The notes below the pieces were generated by a model. That model searched no databases and was not told where the DNA came from. It saw only the letters and a program-made list of their open reading frames with translations. A DNA stretch of 64,000 bases. Source: a virus. Made by a program: the position numbers and the translations under genes. Positions 21,701-31,708 of this stretch are shown in pieces (positions within the stretch are counted from its first letter, which is position 1; every line of letters starts with the position of its first letter). The stretch is taken from positions 32,001 to 96,000 of the IMG/VR virus record IMGVR_UViG_3300043774_000178; one strand, given 5' to 3'.

Positions 21701-24564
21701 CTATTGATGCTCTGTATGATAAGAAGAGTGGATTAGCATTTGATGACTTAGATAGATACAGAAAGTATGAGTATAAGCTTGCTAATAACAAAAGTCTAAC
21801 TGAATCAGAAGAAATAGATTATCAGAATTTATTAAAAGCAAAGAATGAATTTGGTCTAAGTGCTGTTGAAAAAGCTAGTTTAGATGCTTTGTGGATTGAG
21901 TATAGGGGATTAGCTCAGAAACAACCTACTGAATATTACTTAGAAGCATTTGAGTATGCACTAGGTGGTTTAAATGTAGATCCGATTACTATGGATAATG
22001 CTGATGAATGGATCAATGGTCCAGAAGTAATAAAAGCATTAGCTGAAAATCCTAAGTTTAAAAACTGGTTTCTTAGAAATCATATTGTTAAAGAAGTATT
22101 TGATGCCTCTGTTTCTGAAATGGTGCCTAAATATTTTAGAACATCTGTTTGGAGTGTATCAAGACCTTCCTCAGAAAGTAGTTACAAGAAAACAACTTTG
22201 GTACATCCTGTAACTGGAGAACCTTTAGTTATTCCTGGAGTACCTGCTGGTAAATACTCATATCAAAAAATAAAAGATCAGTATCTAACAATTCCTAAAG
22301 GTTCAGATAAAAAACAATATGTAGGAAAAATCATAGATAACATGGGTAACTTTCTACCTAGAGAGTATAACCCTAATGATCCTGATTCTGCATATGATAA
22401 AGCTTTTATTAACGAAGAGTATGAAGCTCTAGATAAAAATAGCTCTCAGTTTAAACTTCTTGAAGAACTTAAAAAGATATTCTTAGAAATTCAAGAGGAG
22501 ACAACTAATTCAACTAAACTGTATTTAGATCTTCCTAGGATGAGGATGGTATCTAATTTAGAGTATGTTCAATCTGGTCAAGGAAGGGAAGACTTTAAAA
22601 CTAAGTTAGAGGGAGTTACATCTGTCATAAAGGCAATGGCAGGTAAAGATAGAGCTGCTGATGCTGCAGAAGATGGATTTAATGCTGATGTTGAAAGACA
22701 GTATTTAATAACTACTGATATGCAAGGTAAACCTCTCAGCAGAATTCCTGTAAGAGGTTTGTATAAACTCAAAACAAGTGAAGCTTCTCAAGATGTATTA
22801 AAAGTACTTTATGATTATTTATACTCTATAAATGAGAGCTCAGCATTAAGAGAATCAGAACCATTGGTAAATGCAGTTAGTGATGTATTAAATGATCCAG
22901 CTAATGCTATCAAGAAAATGGATGGTATTAGTAAGCAAATTAGAAAAGCTACTGGTAAACTTCAGTTTATTCCTAAAGGTAAGGGTAATCTTAGAGCTCA
23001 ATCTATTGATTATCTTATAGATAAAGTATACTACGGTCAAGGAAATGATACTCTTACAGAAGAGAATCCATTACTTGCTAAGTTTAGTAACTTCTTAATG
23101 AGAGCTGCAAGTAGATCTTTCATTGCATTAGATGTACCATCTGCACTTAAAAACAGATTTGGTATGATCTTCCAAAGTCTTATTGAAACTGCTGGTGGAA
23201 AGTTTGTTACACCTATGACTCTAGCTAAAGGTAGAGCAAAGTCTTTTACTACAATAGTTGAGTTAAGTTCTAAAGGTATCTATGATAGAGGACCAAAAAG
23301 TCTTGACTTACAGATTATGGAATACTTTGATCCTATAACCGGTAAGACTAAGAAAGACTTTGGTAAATCTTCTTCTAGAACTTTTATGAAAGATATGATG
23401 GACTTCAGTTTTCTATATGACTTTAGAAGACTAGCTGAAGTTGAAGCATCGTTACAAGTATTCTGGGGGATGATGTACCATAAAAAGGTAACTCAAGTAC
23501 AAGCAGATGGTACAGAAAAACAATTAGACTACGCTGATGCATTTGAACTTGATCCAGAGACTAAGCAAATAAAACTTAAAGAAGGTATTGATCCTGAGTT
23601 TGCTCCATATGAAGTAAACCATACATTCACAGAAGGAGATACTATGAGTAGTATAGCTAAGAAGTATGGGATTACAGAAGATGACTTAGCAGCTAGAATA
23701 AGAAGAGATGATCTTTCTGATGTAGAACCAGGAACAACTTTAGAAATAGGTAAGAGTACCAAGTTTTTAGATTTCCAACAACAGGTTACTAATATAGGTA
23801 AGATGTTGAATGGTCAGGTAAACTCACTTGATAGTTCACAAGCAGATAAGTTTCTTCTCTATAGACTCTTCACCTTCTATAAGAAGTTTGCTACAGGTAT
23901 GTTCCTAAATAGATTCCAAGCAGACCTAGCTAAAGATAATAGATGGGGTCATGTATATAACTGGGATTTAGGTACTACCTCAAAAGGTTATTATATATCT
24001 GCATACCAAGGTATATATAAAACTCTAAGAGATTGGGGAGCTTACTATCCTATGATGACAGATGAAGAAAAGATAGCTATTAGAAAAGTTGTTACTGAAA
24101 TTGCTGGAGTAATTGTACTAGGACTAGCTATAGGAATGTTATTTGGATATGATAAAGGAGATGAAGAAAGGTTTGAGAAAATGAGACTCCGTAATGAGAA
24201 GTATGGAGAACTAGGTGGTAAAATCACTAATCATATTCTCTATCAGTTAATGATGGTTAAGCAGGAGAATGAGGCCTTTGTACCAATACTAGGTACATCA
24301 GAGATGGTTAAGTATGGAGATAAGACATCAATTGTATTTGGACCTACCATCAATCTCTATGTTAAAATACTAGCTGACTTATGGAATACTGCTACAGGAA
24401 ATCCTAAAGCACTTTATAGAAATGATGCTGGACCATATCCTTGGCAAGAAGAAGGTAGATATAAACTATGGAACCACTTGTTCTCATTGTATGGTATTAA
24501 AGGTAAAACTTATGATCCTATACATGCTATCAAATCAGCTGAGACATTCCAAAATCTGAAGTAA
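18703..24564 (+). CDS. Giant virion/ejection protein 3 with N-terminal zincin (HEYAH) and LysM domain
   Basis: HEYAHPF at 19291-19311; LysM-like HTFTEGDTMSSIAKKYGIT..DL...VEPGTTLEIG at ~23620-23751; hydrophobic helix near the C-terminus. Confidence 0.8.
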   Translation: MPCRIQIEEKIRTQAEDAIRPYRGRDYIKLRVEASNVNKRYGYPVVQVSQWEADIYDVNVNVPEPLIEEYYQNELRKEEEEARQSQIEDAERAGEIYNDRYLFDNKQLVLKTMAEQGVDDYDEVMRSLKEDRIMQVAKLLGERFQKAFGIPHEVITAAQARELLRGTNIPYTGEAAFYYGNVIYVVEGNMKPSAILHEYAHPFIQALEKDNPQLFERLFYNLATYDVGQQIIQEIESKYPELEGDTQRFKQEVLVTALERAALDNLAEIEKNDPDFDNFISQLLYAIKKIIRKLVDKVNLKELSPNTTMEELADMFLDPQFVIEVPKFSEDSFVYFKKNLSDFTTQLQDIKYDSLIDTINRVHQEAKYEIAAIKAAPFRLTKELSGKDGIKLLRGVEGSLKNFQTYEKDPSKADPQVVADAMLDHTEEFNKRALALINSMNEMEVFAENIEKVLDEMKENKEHFTSVGISKIMYFKDFIARQSEFIDEIKEISGLKKTNEFYKKLNSIDNTLQGASKQIKRLQREFVTDFFGKSTNLMTTNLEEGIKERITKVFKADGLSDEMINEFYKTVINTPNGKTITIKDANYPLNPKRAQRLINEVNEYFAKRLGKEQIDDFIEGRRDDLGFFSAWITPYANIDDPLVGSFANFIKRELKKAENKSLRQANDIAQRTFQLLKDVGYNPNSTGQLAKMVLFTDKVGTLNDKGEYEEFEVRSFMDKFKNWRYERGKLQHEFDEARESKDKDAIKKAYDALLEFDEKYMHRRYKKEYYDLQKIWKEGARVIDPFTKEEIVVSKEDAFQAWLERQTALDKLSVVKNVHFTELEDVEGFSMADAANAEYQRLFDVYNPDNTPKTGEELRKTLLRRFYRSESRKFYEYPISMDRVQQDLDNFIIKLAGEGITLENNEEKFNEKLEKFISVNFRTAYTDEYYSEKRRILSDIRAINNRAKANQDILDKREDLSKQLFELVNLVLDKNGQPNGIEFTPEQIKRVKTLEEEIATIDALYDKKSGLAFDDLDRYRKYEYKLANNKSLTESEEIDYQNLLKAKNEFGLSAVEKASLDALWIEYRGLAQKQPTEYYLEAFEYALGGLNVDPITMDNADEWINGPEVIKALAENPKFKNWFLRNHIVKEVFDASVSEMVPKYFRTSVWSVSRPSSESSYKKTTLVHPVTGEPLVIPGVPAGKYSYQKIKDQYLTIPKGSDKKQYVGKIIDNMGNFLPREYNPNDPDSAYDKAFINEEYEALDKNSSQFKLLEELKKIFLEIQEETTNSTKLYLDLPRMRMVSNLEYVQSGQGREDFKTKLEGVTSVIKAMAGKDRAADAAEDGFNADVERQYLITTDMQGKPLSRIPVRGLYKLKTSEASQDVLKVLYDYLYSINESSALRESEPLVNAVSDVLNDPANAIKKMDGISKQIRKATGKLQFIPKGKGNLRAQSIDYLIDKVYYGQGNDTLTEENPLLAKFSNFLMRAASRSFIALDVPSALKNRFGMIFQSLIETAGGKFVTPMTLAKGRAKSFTTIVELSSKGIYDRGPKSLDLQIMEYFDPITGKTKKDFGKSSSRTFMKDMMDFSFLYDFRRLAEVEASLQVFWGMMYHKKVTQVQADGTEKQLDYADAFELDPETKQIKLKEGIDPEFAPYEVNHTFTEGDTMSSIAKKYGITEDDLAARIRRDDLSDVEPGTTLEIGKSTKFLDFQQQVTNIGKMLNGQVNSLDSSQADKFLLYRLFTFYKKFATGMFLNRFQADLAKDNRWGHVYNWDLGTTSKGYYISAYQGIYKTLRDWGAYYPMMTDEEKIAIRKVVTEIAGVIVLGLAIGMLFGYDKGDEERFEKMRLRNEKYGELGGKITNHILYQLMMVKQENEAFVPILGTSEMVKYGDKTSIVFGPTINLYVKILADLWNTATGNPKALYRNDAGPYPWQEEGRYKLWNHLFSLYGIKGKTYDPIHAIKSAETFQNLK

Positions 24565-24600
24565 AAAAAAAGGGGAGCTCAATTAAGAACTCCCCTTTAA
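24565..24600. terminator. Bidirectional intrinsic terminator between convergent structural and replication modules
   Basis: A-run, then AAAGGGGAG...CTCCCCTTT inverted repeat at the coding-strand switch. Confidence 0.8.
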
Positions 24601-24628
24601 ACTTTAATCATTTATAAACTACACAAGT

Positions 24629-24802
24629 TTATTCTCCTTTTACAAACTTCAGTGCATCAATGAATTTGTCAACATCTTCAATGTGTACTGTGTTATCTCT
24701 TTTATCTACTTGGTTTTCACCACCTACAGTAATATATAATTCTGAATCTTCATAATCAATAGATACTGTAGTACCATTTGCATCTGTAAATACTATTGTC
24801 AT
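24629..24802 (-). CDS. Small hypothetical protein (57 aa, not in ORF track)
   Basis: MTIVFTDANG...KFVKGE; ATG overlaps the TGA of the upstream gene (ATGA coupling). Confidence 0.65.
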   Translation of the reverse strand: MTIVFTDANGTTVSIDYEDSELYITVGGENQVDKRDNTVHIEDVDKFIDALKFVKGE

Positions 24803-25176
24803 AAGAATTGATTTAAGTTTGGTCTAAAATAGTTTGGACCTTTAGTTATCTTTCCATCTGCTCTCAAGATAGGTTTTCCATCTTCTCCAAGTTTACTCAT
24901 ATTACTGGAATGGATCTCATCAAATACGTCCTCAATTATGTGATGCATTCCGTGTTTTAGGATTGTACCACATAGGATATATAACATATCTCCTAGAGCA
25001 TCAGCAATTTCTTCAAGAGATTGTTTAGCACATGCTTCTAAATACTCACCATTCTCTTCATCCATTAATCTGTATCTTAGTTGACTTTCAGGCCACTTAA
25101 TTTTATCTGGAGTTTTTCCATTCTCTTGTCCAAAAGCATTATGGAATTCTTCTACTTTCTCAATTTGTTTTTTCAT
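24799..25176 (-). CDS. MazG-like (PRA-PH type) NTP pyrophosphohydrolase
   Basis: VEEFH..F, EENGEY, EIADALGD..Y, EIHSSNMSK, GKITKGPNY motifs. Confidence 0.85.
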   Translation of the reverse strand: MKKQIEKVEEFHNAFGQENGKTPDKIKWPESQLRYRLMDEENGEYLEACAKQSLEEIADALGDMLYILCGTILKHGMHHIIEDVFDEIHSSNMSKLGEDGKPILRADGKITKGPNYFRPNLNQFL

Positions 25177-25187
25177 GGTGCGAATTT

Positions 25188-25225
25188 AAAAAAAAATAGG
25201 AGAGACTACAAGAGCCCCTCCTATT
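25188..25225 (-). terminator. Intrinsic terminator
   Basis: AATAGGAG...CTCCTATT hairpin followed by a T-run on the - strand. Confidence 0.65.
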
Positions 25226-25246
25226 ATGCTAACCTAACTGCAATGG

Positions 25247-26503
25247 TTATAAGAATAAATTAGACCCGTTAGAGTCATCATCATCTTTAAAATCTAAATC
25301 AAAATCAAAGAAGTCAGTATCTTTTTTTTCTTCTTCAAGTTTCAGTTCATTCTCCATAGCTACATGATCTTCAGGAGTAGGAGTTATTGAATCACCTTCC
25401 CAAGCAAATGGTTCTTGCTCTTCAGTAACTTCTGTTTCCCATACTATAGCTTCTAGAACTTTAGTATCTTCTTCAACTTTTTCTATCATAGCCTCCTCAT
25501 GAACTTCTACAAATGTTTTATCTTCAGGGATAACTATAGAAACTTCACTAGCAATAACATCATCTTCATATTCACCATCCTCAAGATCTTCCATAAATGC
25601 TTCCCGCATCATTTCAAAATCTTCATCCATACCAATAAATGCATCAGATACTTTAGGATCTGTTACTTCTGCTGACTGAGCATTTGTAATTTCTTCTATC
25701 TGATCTAGTATATTTGTTTGACCTGGATATGCATACAAAGGATCTATTGGTAAAACCACATCTCCTACTACAGAAACAGATACACCTGGGGTATCTAATT
25801 CTTCTGTAAGTACAAAGTGCAATACTCTCTGATCCTCCATCCACGTTCTAGGATGAGATTGTTGCAAAGCTAGAGTAACATGATTATAGAATGCCCATAG
25901 GGTATTCTTACCACCATTATAGAAAAAGCTAGGTTTAGTCATCTGATTCCTTACAAAGCTAGCTTGCTCAGTATTAAGTACCTCATACTCAGCAAATAGG
26001 ATACCTAGTATCTCAGCTTGTCTTCTATCAGTAAGTTGGATAGACTTCATTTCATTCTTTGCATCTACTAACTGATCATAATACATCATAGCATTAGTAA
26101 TCTGAGCTTGCATACTTGCAATTGTATCAGCATCTGCAGAACCAGTATGCTTACGATTATAGCTACCCATATCACCTGAAATCATAACTGCACCACTAGC
26201 ATTTATATAAGTACCAATAGCACATTTAAACCTCATTTGTTTATTATAACTGTTTGCCCATGCAAACATCAATGACAACTCGGGATCACTATTATACTCT
26301 AACTTGTATATACCCTGTGCAATTTGTCCATCATGAGTACATCTGTACTCTTCTTCTACAATTCCAAAACCTTGACTAGTAAGCTCTTGAAAAGCATAGT
26401 CAATAATAGATTCATGAGATATAACAGTGTAAGTGTCCGCATGATTAGGTAGCGGAACATTTACAATATAATCTCTAGTTACGTTTTTAATTTTTCTTGG
26501 CAT
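25247..26503 (-). CDS. DUF932/DUF945-like protein with long acidic C-terminal tail
   Basis: YTVISH, NSYNK..RF..AIG, RKHTG and TLWAFYNHVT motifs; last ~170 aa strongly D/E-rich. Confidence 0.6.
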   Translation of the reverse strand: MPRKIKNVTRDYIVNVPLPNHADTYTVISHESIIDYAFQELTSQGFGIVEEEYRCTHDGQIAQGIYKLEYNSDPELSLMFAWANSYNKQMRFKCAIGTYINASGAVMISGDMGSYNRKHTGSADADTIASMQAQITNAMMYYDQLVDAKNEMKSIQLTDRRQAEILGILFAEYEVLNTEQASFVRNQMTKPSFFYNGGKNTLWAFYNHVTLALQQSHPRTWMEDQRVLHFVLTEELDTPGVSVSVVGDVVLPIDPLYAYPGQTNILDQIEEITNAQSAEVTDPKVSDAFIGMDEDFEMMREAFMEDLEDGEYEDDVIASEVSIVIPEDKTFVEVHEEAMIEKVEEDTKVLEAIVWETEVTEEQEPFAWEGDSITPTPEDHVAMENELKLEEEKKDTDFFDFDLDFKDDDDSNGSNLFL

Positions 26504-28500
26504 TAGAATAAACTTAATTGTGATTTATTTGGTTCTAGATTATGTATCTCTTTCATAATCTTTTCTAAATAGAATTCATAGTTCAAATCATATTCACCTA
26601 TATCTTTCTTGACATAATCAATAAAGAGAGTCTGCAACCACTTACCAGCAACAACCTGAGTAGTTCTCTTATCCAGATAATTATACTTTATAATCTTAGA
26701 GCCCTTGTTAGATACATAGTACCTAATAGTATTCTGCAGTTTATCTTTCTTATGTACGTGATTTACAACATATTCCTGATTAAACTGCCAGTCACCCTTT
26801 ATCTTTTTACCTGCACAGAAGTCATAGATATTTCTCTGATTAGCTAAAAACTCTATAGGATCAACACCATGAACAAAATAATAGAAGATAGCTTTAGGAA
26901 TAACTAAAAAGCTTTTGTTCTTGTGTAATGCTAGACCGTGGAATTCAAATCTACCTTTACACTTTACTGCATTGTAATAATACTTTTTATCATCAGTCTT
27001 ATAGAATACATAATGAGGATTATCTTTCTTGATTCCTCTTAATGTTTCTAAATCAACTTCTTTAGGAGTATTTACAGCTATGTAGTTATTCACATCACCA
27101 ATAATCATTTTATCATAGGTATCATGCTCTAGTTCTAGATTAGTAATCTGTTCCCATTCTTTACAGATCTCATAGTATTTATCTTCATACTCTCTTGGGA
27201 TCATAGTCTCAAGACCATCAGTATTCTGCATCAACGGAATAGCACCAGGAATCCTTTCACTTACCATCTCATACAGTAATGCTAGACTAAGTTGACCATT
27301 AATAGTAATCCTCATAGTAAACTCAGGATCATATAGAAAACTGTTCTCATCATTACTAAGACCATAAGTAGAATTCAGAATAATCTTGTATACATAATTT
27401 CTGACATCTTTCTTACTGATCTTTCTTCTCTCATTAAAGAACCATTCATACTGCTCACAGAAATCTTCTTTAGGTAAATGTGCAGGAGACCATCTGTTTC
27501 TAATAGCAAGATTAGGATAGAAACTTACAACATCTGATGTCATAATTATTACATCCTTATCTGACTTATAGATACCAGCTTTCCTAGCACCATGAATACC
27601 ACCTAATCCAAAGTCTGTCTTAACTCCTTTGTACTGTATTGAATATTTAAAGCCACCTTTAGTCTGATCAGGATATACTATTATCTCCCGGAATCTACTA
27701 ATTAGTTTTTGAAAGGTAGCTGTTTTGAAATCAAGATAGTCAAGTAGTATATCTTTTACATGTATCTCTGTTCTCCTAGTTCTAAGTTGTCTTATCTCAT
27801 TTTTCTTATAGCCCATTTTCTGACTCAAGAAATGAAGAAACAAGTCTTTAGATATCTTAGTTTCAGAAGCACTGAAAAGATTAATGTTATACTCTTCTGT
27901 AAGTGTCTTACGTAAAGCAATCTGACTCTTACTAAGTTGCATAATTTTCTTAGTAGAGTTAACATCATTCTTACAATACTTGATTATCTCTTTTATCTGA
28001 TCAAGAGTTTTTATCTCAGTACTATGATGAATAGGCATATCAACTATGTTGTCCCAGTCCATTGTGTACTGTATCCACTTTAATGAACTTCTCTTAGCTG
28101 CATTATCCCAGTGATTAAGTTTGAATACATCTACCTGGTTAATTTGAATATCCCAAGGATTAAATTCCAGAAACTTATCTTCATTCTGTCTTTGAATAAT
28201 ATCTTGAGCTTTTCCATATATCCATCTAGCTACTTCTTCTGGATTCATATGTACTAGTTGCTCATGACTTCTAAGAATGTATTCAGTTATCTGACTATCA
28301 AACCCTAGTCCATTAAAGCTTACATGCCACTCATCTAGTTCTATATTTCTGATAAGAAATTCTATCAGTTTTTCTGTGTCATTTTGAAGCCTATGTATTA
28401 CAAAAACTTCTGTATCATCTGTTTTAATATCCTGAAACACAGCAACAAAGCAGTTGCTCAAAGTTTCATAGTCCATGACGTAATGTGTACGTTGATGCAT
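26503..28500 (-). CDS. polB: Family B DNA polymerase
   Basis: Exo motifs DYET, FNGLGFD, YCKND; polymerase motifs DVVSFYPN, KIILNSTYG, NTDG. Confidence 0.93.
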   Translation of the reverse strand: MHQRTHYVMDYETLSNCFVAVFQDIKTDDTEVFVIHRLQNDTEKLIEFLIRNIELDEWHVSFNGLGFDSQITEYILRSHEQLVHMNPEEVARWIYGKAQDIIQRQNEDKFLEFNPWDIQINQVDVFKLNHWDNAAKRSSLKWIQYTMDWDNIVDMPIHHSTEIKTLDQIKEIIKYCKNDVNSTKKIMQLSKSQIALRKTLTEEYNINLFSASETKISKDLFLHFLSQKMGYKKNEIRQLRTRRTEIHVKDILLDYLDFKTATFQKLISRFREIIVYPDQTKGGFKYSIQYKGVKTDFGLGGIHGARKAGIYKSDKDVIIMTSDVVSFYPNLAIRNRWSPAHLPKEDFCEQYEWFFNERRKISKKDVRNYVYKIILNSTYGLSNDENSFLYDPEFTMRITINGQLSLALLYEMVSERIPGAIPLMQNTDGLETMIPREYEDKYYEICKEWEQITNLELEHDTYDKMIIGDVNNYIAVNTPKEVDLETLRGIKKDNPHYVFYKTDDKKYYYNAVKCKGRFEFHGLALHKNKSFLVIPKAIFYYFVHGVDPIEFLANQRNIYDFCAGKKIKGDWQFNQEYVVNHVHKKDKLQNTIRYYVSNKGSKIIKYNYLDKRTTQVVAGKWLQTLFIDYVKKDIGEYDLNYEFYLEKIMKEIHNLEPNKSQLSLF

Positions 28501-28573
28501 GATATATAGTTTTATTATATAAGAAAGGGAGAGCTACCGCATAACCCTCCCTTGTCTTATTTTGACAGAGTAA

Positions 28574-28948
28574 TTACTTTTTCATAAAGGACTCGAAGTC
28601 AAACTCCTTACAGTTTACCCCAAAAGTAGTAACAAGTCCTTTAATAGCCTCATGATCTTCAAGATAGAATTCTTGAAAGGTTTCAATGGTTCTTCTTTCT
28701 TCTTTAACTGATCTTCCATTTGGTCTTTTAGTTTTAAGAGGAGCAGGATCACCATTATCATCTAGCTTAGGAAGCATGTGTAAAGTTGTCTTAGTAATCC
28801 TACTAATAACAACAAATACTTTTGTTCCTGGATCCCATATACATTCTACATATGGACAATCCATTGATAAAGGAATCATTCTAAATGTTTGGTCTTCATT
28901 CCAAGAAGACTTAACTAGGAGCATATTGCCTCCAATGTTTGAACTCAT
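28574..28948 (-). CDS. Hypothetical protein
   Basis: 124-aa ORF in the replication operon. Confidence 0.75.
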   Translation of the reverse strand: MSSNIGGNMLLVKSSWNEDQTFRMIPLSMDCPYVECIWDPGTKVFVVISRITKTTLHMLPKLDDNGDPAPLKTKRPNGRSVKEERRTIETFQEFYLEDHEAIKGLVTTFGVNCKEFDFESFMKK

Positions 28949-28976
28949 AATTGTTGGTTTTTTTAATGTTTACAAA

Positions 28977-29543
28977 TTAACCTAGAATTTTTTTGTTTTG
29001 CAAATCTTTGATATCTACAGTTAGTCTTTCCTTTTCTAGGTCTGGTTTACTACAAAGTTCACCTACGGATCTTAGTAAATCTTCTGAAGTTCCTAAGAGT
29101 TCTGCATAAAGACTAAAATAGTTTTCTGGAAACATATAACTGTTTACATAAACATATGTACTACTACTCTTGTCAAAATGATCTCTTACTTTGCGCCTTA
29201 TTTGCATACTTAGCTGACTATACTTACCATTAATGAACTTCATCCAATCAGATTTTAAATCAGCAAAATCAAATATTACAACTGTTCTACCATCTGCAAG
29301 TTTGAAATAATCACTTATTCTTTTATGCCCTAGTAACACAGTTTTCTCAAACTTGTGATACTCAGCATCTTCTCTTGCAGGATATACAGCTATAAATTTA
29401 GCATCCTCAGAGGATACATGTCCATCCCAGTGAACATAAGTCTGTTCTGGAATAGCTACAGCACCTCTTTTAATACCAAGGAGCGGATACCACAACACCT
29501 TGGATTTTTGAAAATAGCTTTTATAAAGCGCATCAATTGCCAT
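28977..29543 (-). CDS. Hypothetical protein
   Basis: 188-aa ORF (GKYSQLS motif), tightly packed in the operon. Confidence 0.75.
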   Translation of the reverse strand: MAIDALYKSYFQKSKVLWYPLLGIKRGAVAIPEQTYVHWDGHVSSEDAKFIAVYPAREDAEYHKFEKTVLLGHKRISDYFKLADGRTVVIFDFADLKSDWMKFINGKYSQLSMQIRRKVRDHFDKSSSTYVYVNSYMFPENYFSLYAELLGTSEDLLRSVGELCSKPDLEKERLTVDIKDLQNKKILG

Positions 29544-29548
29544 AAAGC

Positions 29549-30577
29549 TTAAAGTTTTAAGTTACCCAATGCAAGCTCATAAGGAAGAGTATAATCTCTT
29601 TGTTTGTAGTGATAGTCTAAGACTTCCAATACATGTTTGAAATTATTCTCCCATACTTTCAGAGTTTGTTCTGATACTTGATAAGGATAAATCTGGTTAT
29701 ATTTATCTACTACAATGAACGTGAACACCACTTTCCAATATTCAGCATCAGGTCTGTGTCTAATAAAGTTATTTATTGTCAAGCCTAAGTACATCATAGC
29801 TTGAATATCATAACGATAATAGTCAACAGATTTTGGGAAATCTTGAATCAGCTTACCGGTTAGCTTAAGGTCATTGATAAATATAGTTCTAGATGATTCT
29901 TCTATAACTAGATTATCAACAACTCCTTTTAAACCAAAATCATGATTTTCTAAATCAGTTTTCAACATGAGTTCATTCATACAGGACATGGATTGCGGAC
30001 CACTTGTCCCTAATTGGAGAAGAGCTTTTACTCTGTCATCTGCTCTTATTATTCCAACAACTTCTTCTGCTTGCATTTTTACTGCAGCATCTATTACAGT
30101 TTTGTTTTTCTTAATCTTAAGAAAGTTAAAGTACTCTTTGTTATTATCTGTAAGAATCTTCTCTAACCTCTGAGCATCAGTCTTAAGACTCTGGTACAAG
30201 TTTACAGATAGCAAGTATGTTAGTATCTCATTACTAAAATCTCCAAGATCCAGTGCAGGGTTATTCATCTGAAGATAATAATTATTAAAGATATGATCTA
30301 ACAATAGTCTATTACTATCTGTAGGAATTTTACCAGGGAGCATAATAAACTGTTCATCAAAACTTTCTGGTTCAAGTAACAAACAGTGTGTTGCCCTACC
30401 TGCTACTAGGTGGGCATCAACACTATCTTCTCTTTGCTTAAGTATATAATGGCTATAGAATAACCTAGGTGAGAATAAAAGCTTATTTATGCTTGAGTAA
30501 CTAAAATAAAACTTCTCTTCATAAAATTTCTGAATCTCTTCAGATGAAATCAAAATTGATTGTGTTTGTATTGACAT
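29549..30577 (-). CDS. PD-(D/E)XK exonuclease (RecE/exonuclease VIII-like)
   Basis: FSYSSI, GRATHCLLLEP, LKGVVDNL..INDLK and YRYDIQAMMY motifs. Confidence 0.85.
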   Translation of the reverse strand: MSIQTQSILISSEEIQKFYEEKFYFSYSSINKLLFSPRLFYSHYILKQREDSVDAHLVAGRATHCLLLEPESFDEQFIMLPGKIPTDSNRLLLDHIFNNYYLQMNNPALDLGDFSNEILTYLLSVNLYQSLKTDAQRLEKILTDNNKEYFNFLKIKKNKTVIDAAVKMQAEEVVGIIRADDRVKALLQLGTSGPQSMSCMNELMLKTDLENHDFGLKGVVDNLVIEESSRTIFINDLKLTGKLIQDFPKSVDYYRYDIQAMMYLGLTINNFIRHRPDAEYWKVVFTFIVVDKYNQIYPYQVSEQTLKVWENNFKHVLEVLDYHYKQRDYTLPYELALGNLKL

Positions 30578-31703
30578 GTTCTACCTCCTGTGTATAATTA
30601 TCTTTTAGGTTTACTATTAATTCTTCATTCATGAGTTTATCAAACTCTTCACTCATAGTCACAGCTTTTACTTGAAAGTGTTTTGAATAAGATCCTGGAA
30701 TATTATTCTGAAACTTATTAAGTAAATGCATTAGATTGTCTCTTGTAAGAGCATTCTTATCTCTAAGAATCTCTACACAGTCATCCATACCGGGTGATAG
30801 ATGTCTATCAAATCCCATATAACTTTTAAGAGCTTTAAAGTTTACATGATTCCTACTAGGCATATCAGATATCCTACTACCAAAATCATAAAACAAATCT
30901 ACTAGATAAAGTATGCTACCTACATAATCACAGTTTGCCATAATCTCCATAGCAACAGTCCAGTTCTCTTTATCTGAGCTCATGAACATATCACTAATAG
31001 CTTTATGCATATCAGCATCAATTACTACAGCTTCTGGACCATTGATATAAGGCATAAGAGCTACTTCTTGAGTAAGTTGTTTACTAACAATAGAATCATA
31101 TAAATCCTTATGTGCATCAGCTACTTTATAAAAAGTTTGTCTGTTTCTAGTTACTCCTTTATCTCCATAATAAACTTTAGCAAGACGAAAAGGTAAATTA
31201 ACTTCTGTGAATACTTTAGCAGTAAAGTTATCACCTAAGATTACTACATTTTCTGTATAAAATTCTAGAGCTGTCTTAAGTTTATCATAATAGTAACTAT
31301 CAATATGGTTACCTTCTTTACAAGATTCTATAAACTCTGTGAATGATTGCGTATCACAGGTATGATACCAGTTATCATCAAATAAATTAAACCCAGTCTT
31401 TCTACCTGCAAAGATATGACTTGCTTTATCAGGATCTCTTACTATTTTGATACCATACTGAGAACCTAGATCTTTCAGTTTAACTCTTGGAATACTAACA
31501 CCAGGTAGAAAATAGAAAGTATCCCCTTTTTGAGGGGAATAACTTTCTAATACATCATTCTGAGTAAAAGACAAATCACCTATAGCATTAAAGCTACCAG
31601 TTATCATATCTACAGAAGTTTCAATATAAAACTTAAAGCAGTCGTTTACAAAGTTATCTGCTTCTGTTAATCTAATTACTAAATAATTTTTCAAAGAACT
31701 CAT
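30540..31703 (-). CDS. Hypothetical protein with BRCT-like segment
   Basis: FYFLPGVSIPRVKLKDL...GIKIVRDPDKASHIF resembles the BRCT beta1-alpha1-beta2-beta3 pattern. Confidence 0.55.
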   Translation of the reverse strand: MSSLKNYLVIRLTEADNFVNDCFKFYIETSVDMITGSFNAIGDLSFTQNDVLESYSPQKGDTFYFLPGVSIPRVKLKDLGSQYGIKIVRDPDKASHIFAGRKTGFNLFDDNWYHTCDTQSFTEFIESCKEGNHIDSYYYDKLKTALEFYTENVVILGDNFTAKVFTEVNLPFRLAKVYYGDKGVTRNRQTFYKVADAHKDLYDSIVSKQLTQEVALMPYINGPEAVVIDADMHKAISDMFMSSDKENWTVAMEIMANCDYVGSILYLVDLFYDFGSRISDMPSRNHVNFKALKSYMGFDRHLSPGMDDCVEILRDKNALTRDNLMHLLNKFQNNIPGSYSKHFQVKAVTMSEEFDKLMNEELIVNLKDNYTQEVEHVNTNTINFDFI

Positions 31704-31708
31704 AACTA

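Noticed and set aside
239-24227. Short minus-strand ORFs inside the giant genes
   Set aside because: Antisense shadows with S/L/F-rich composition.
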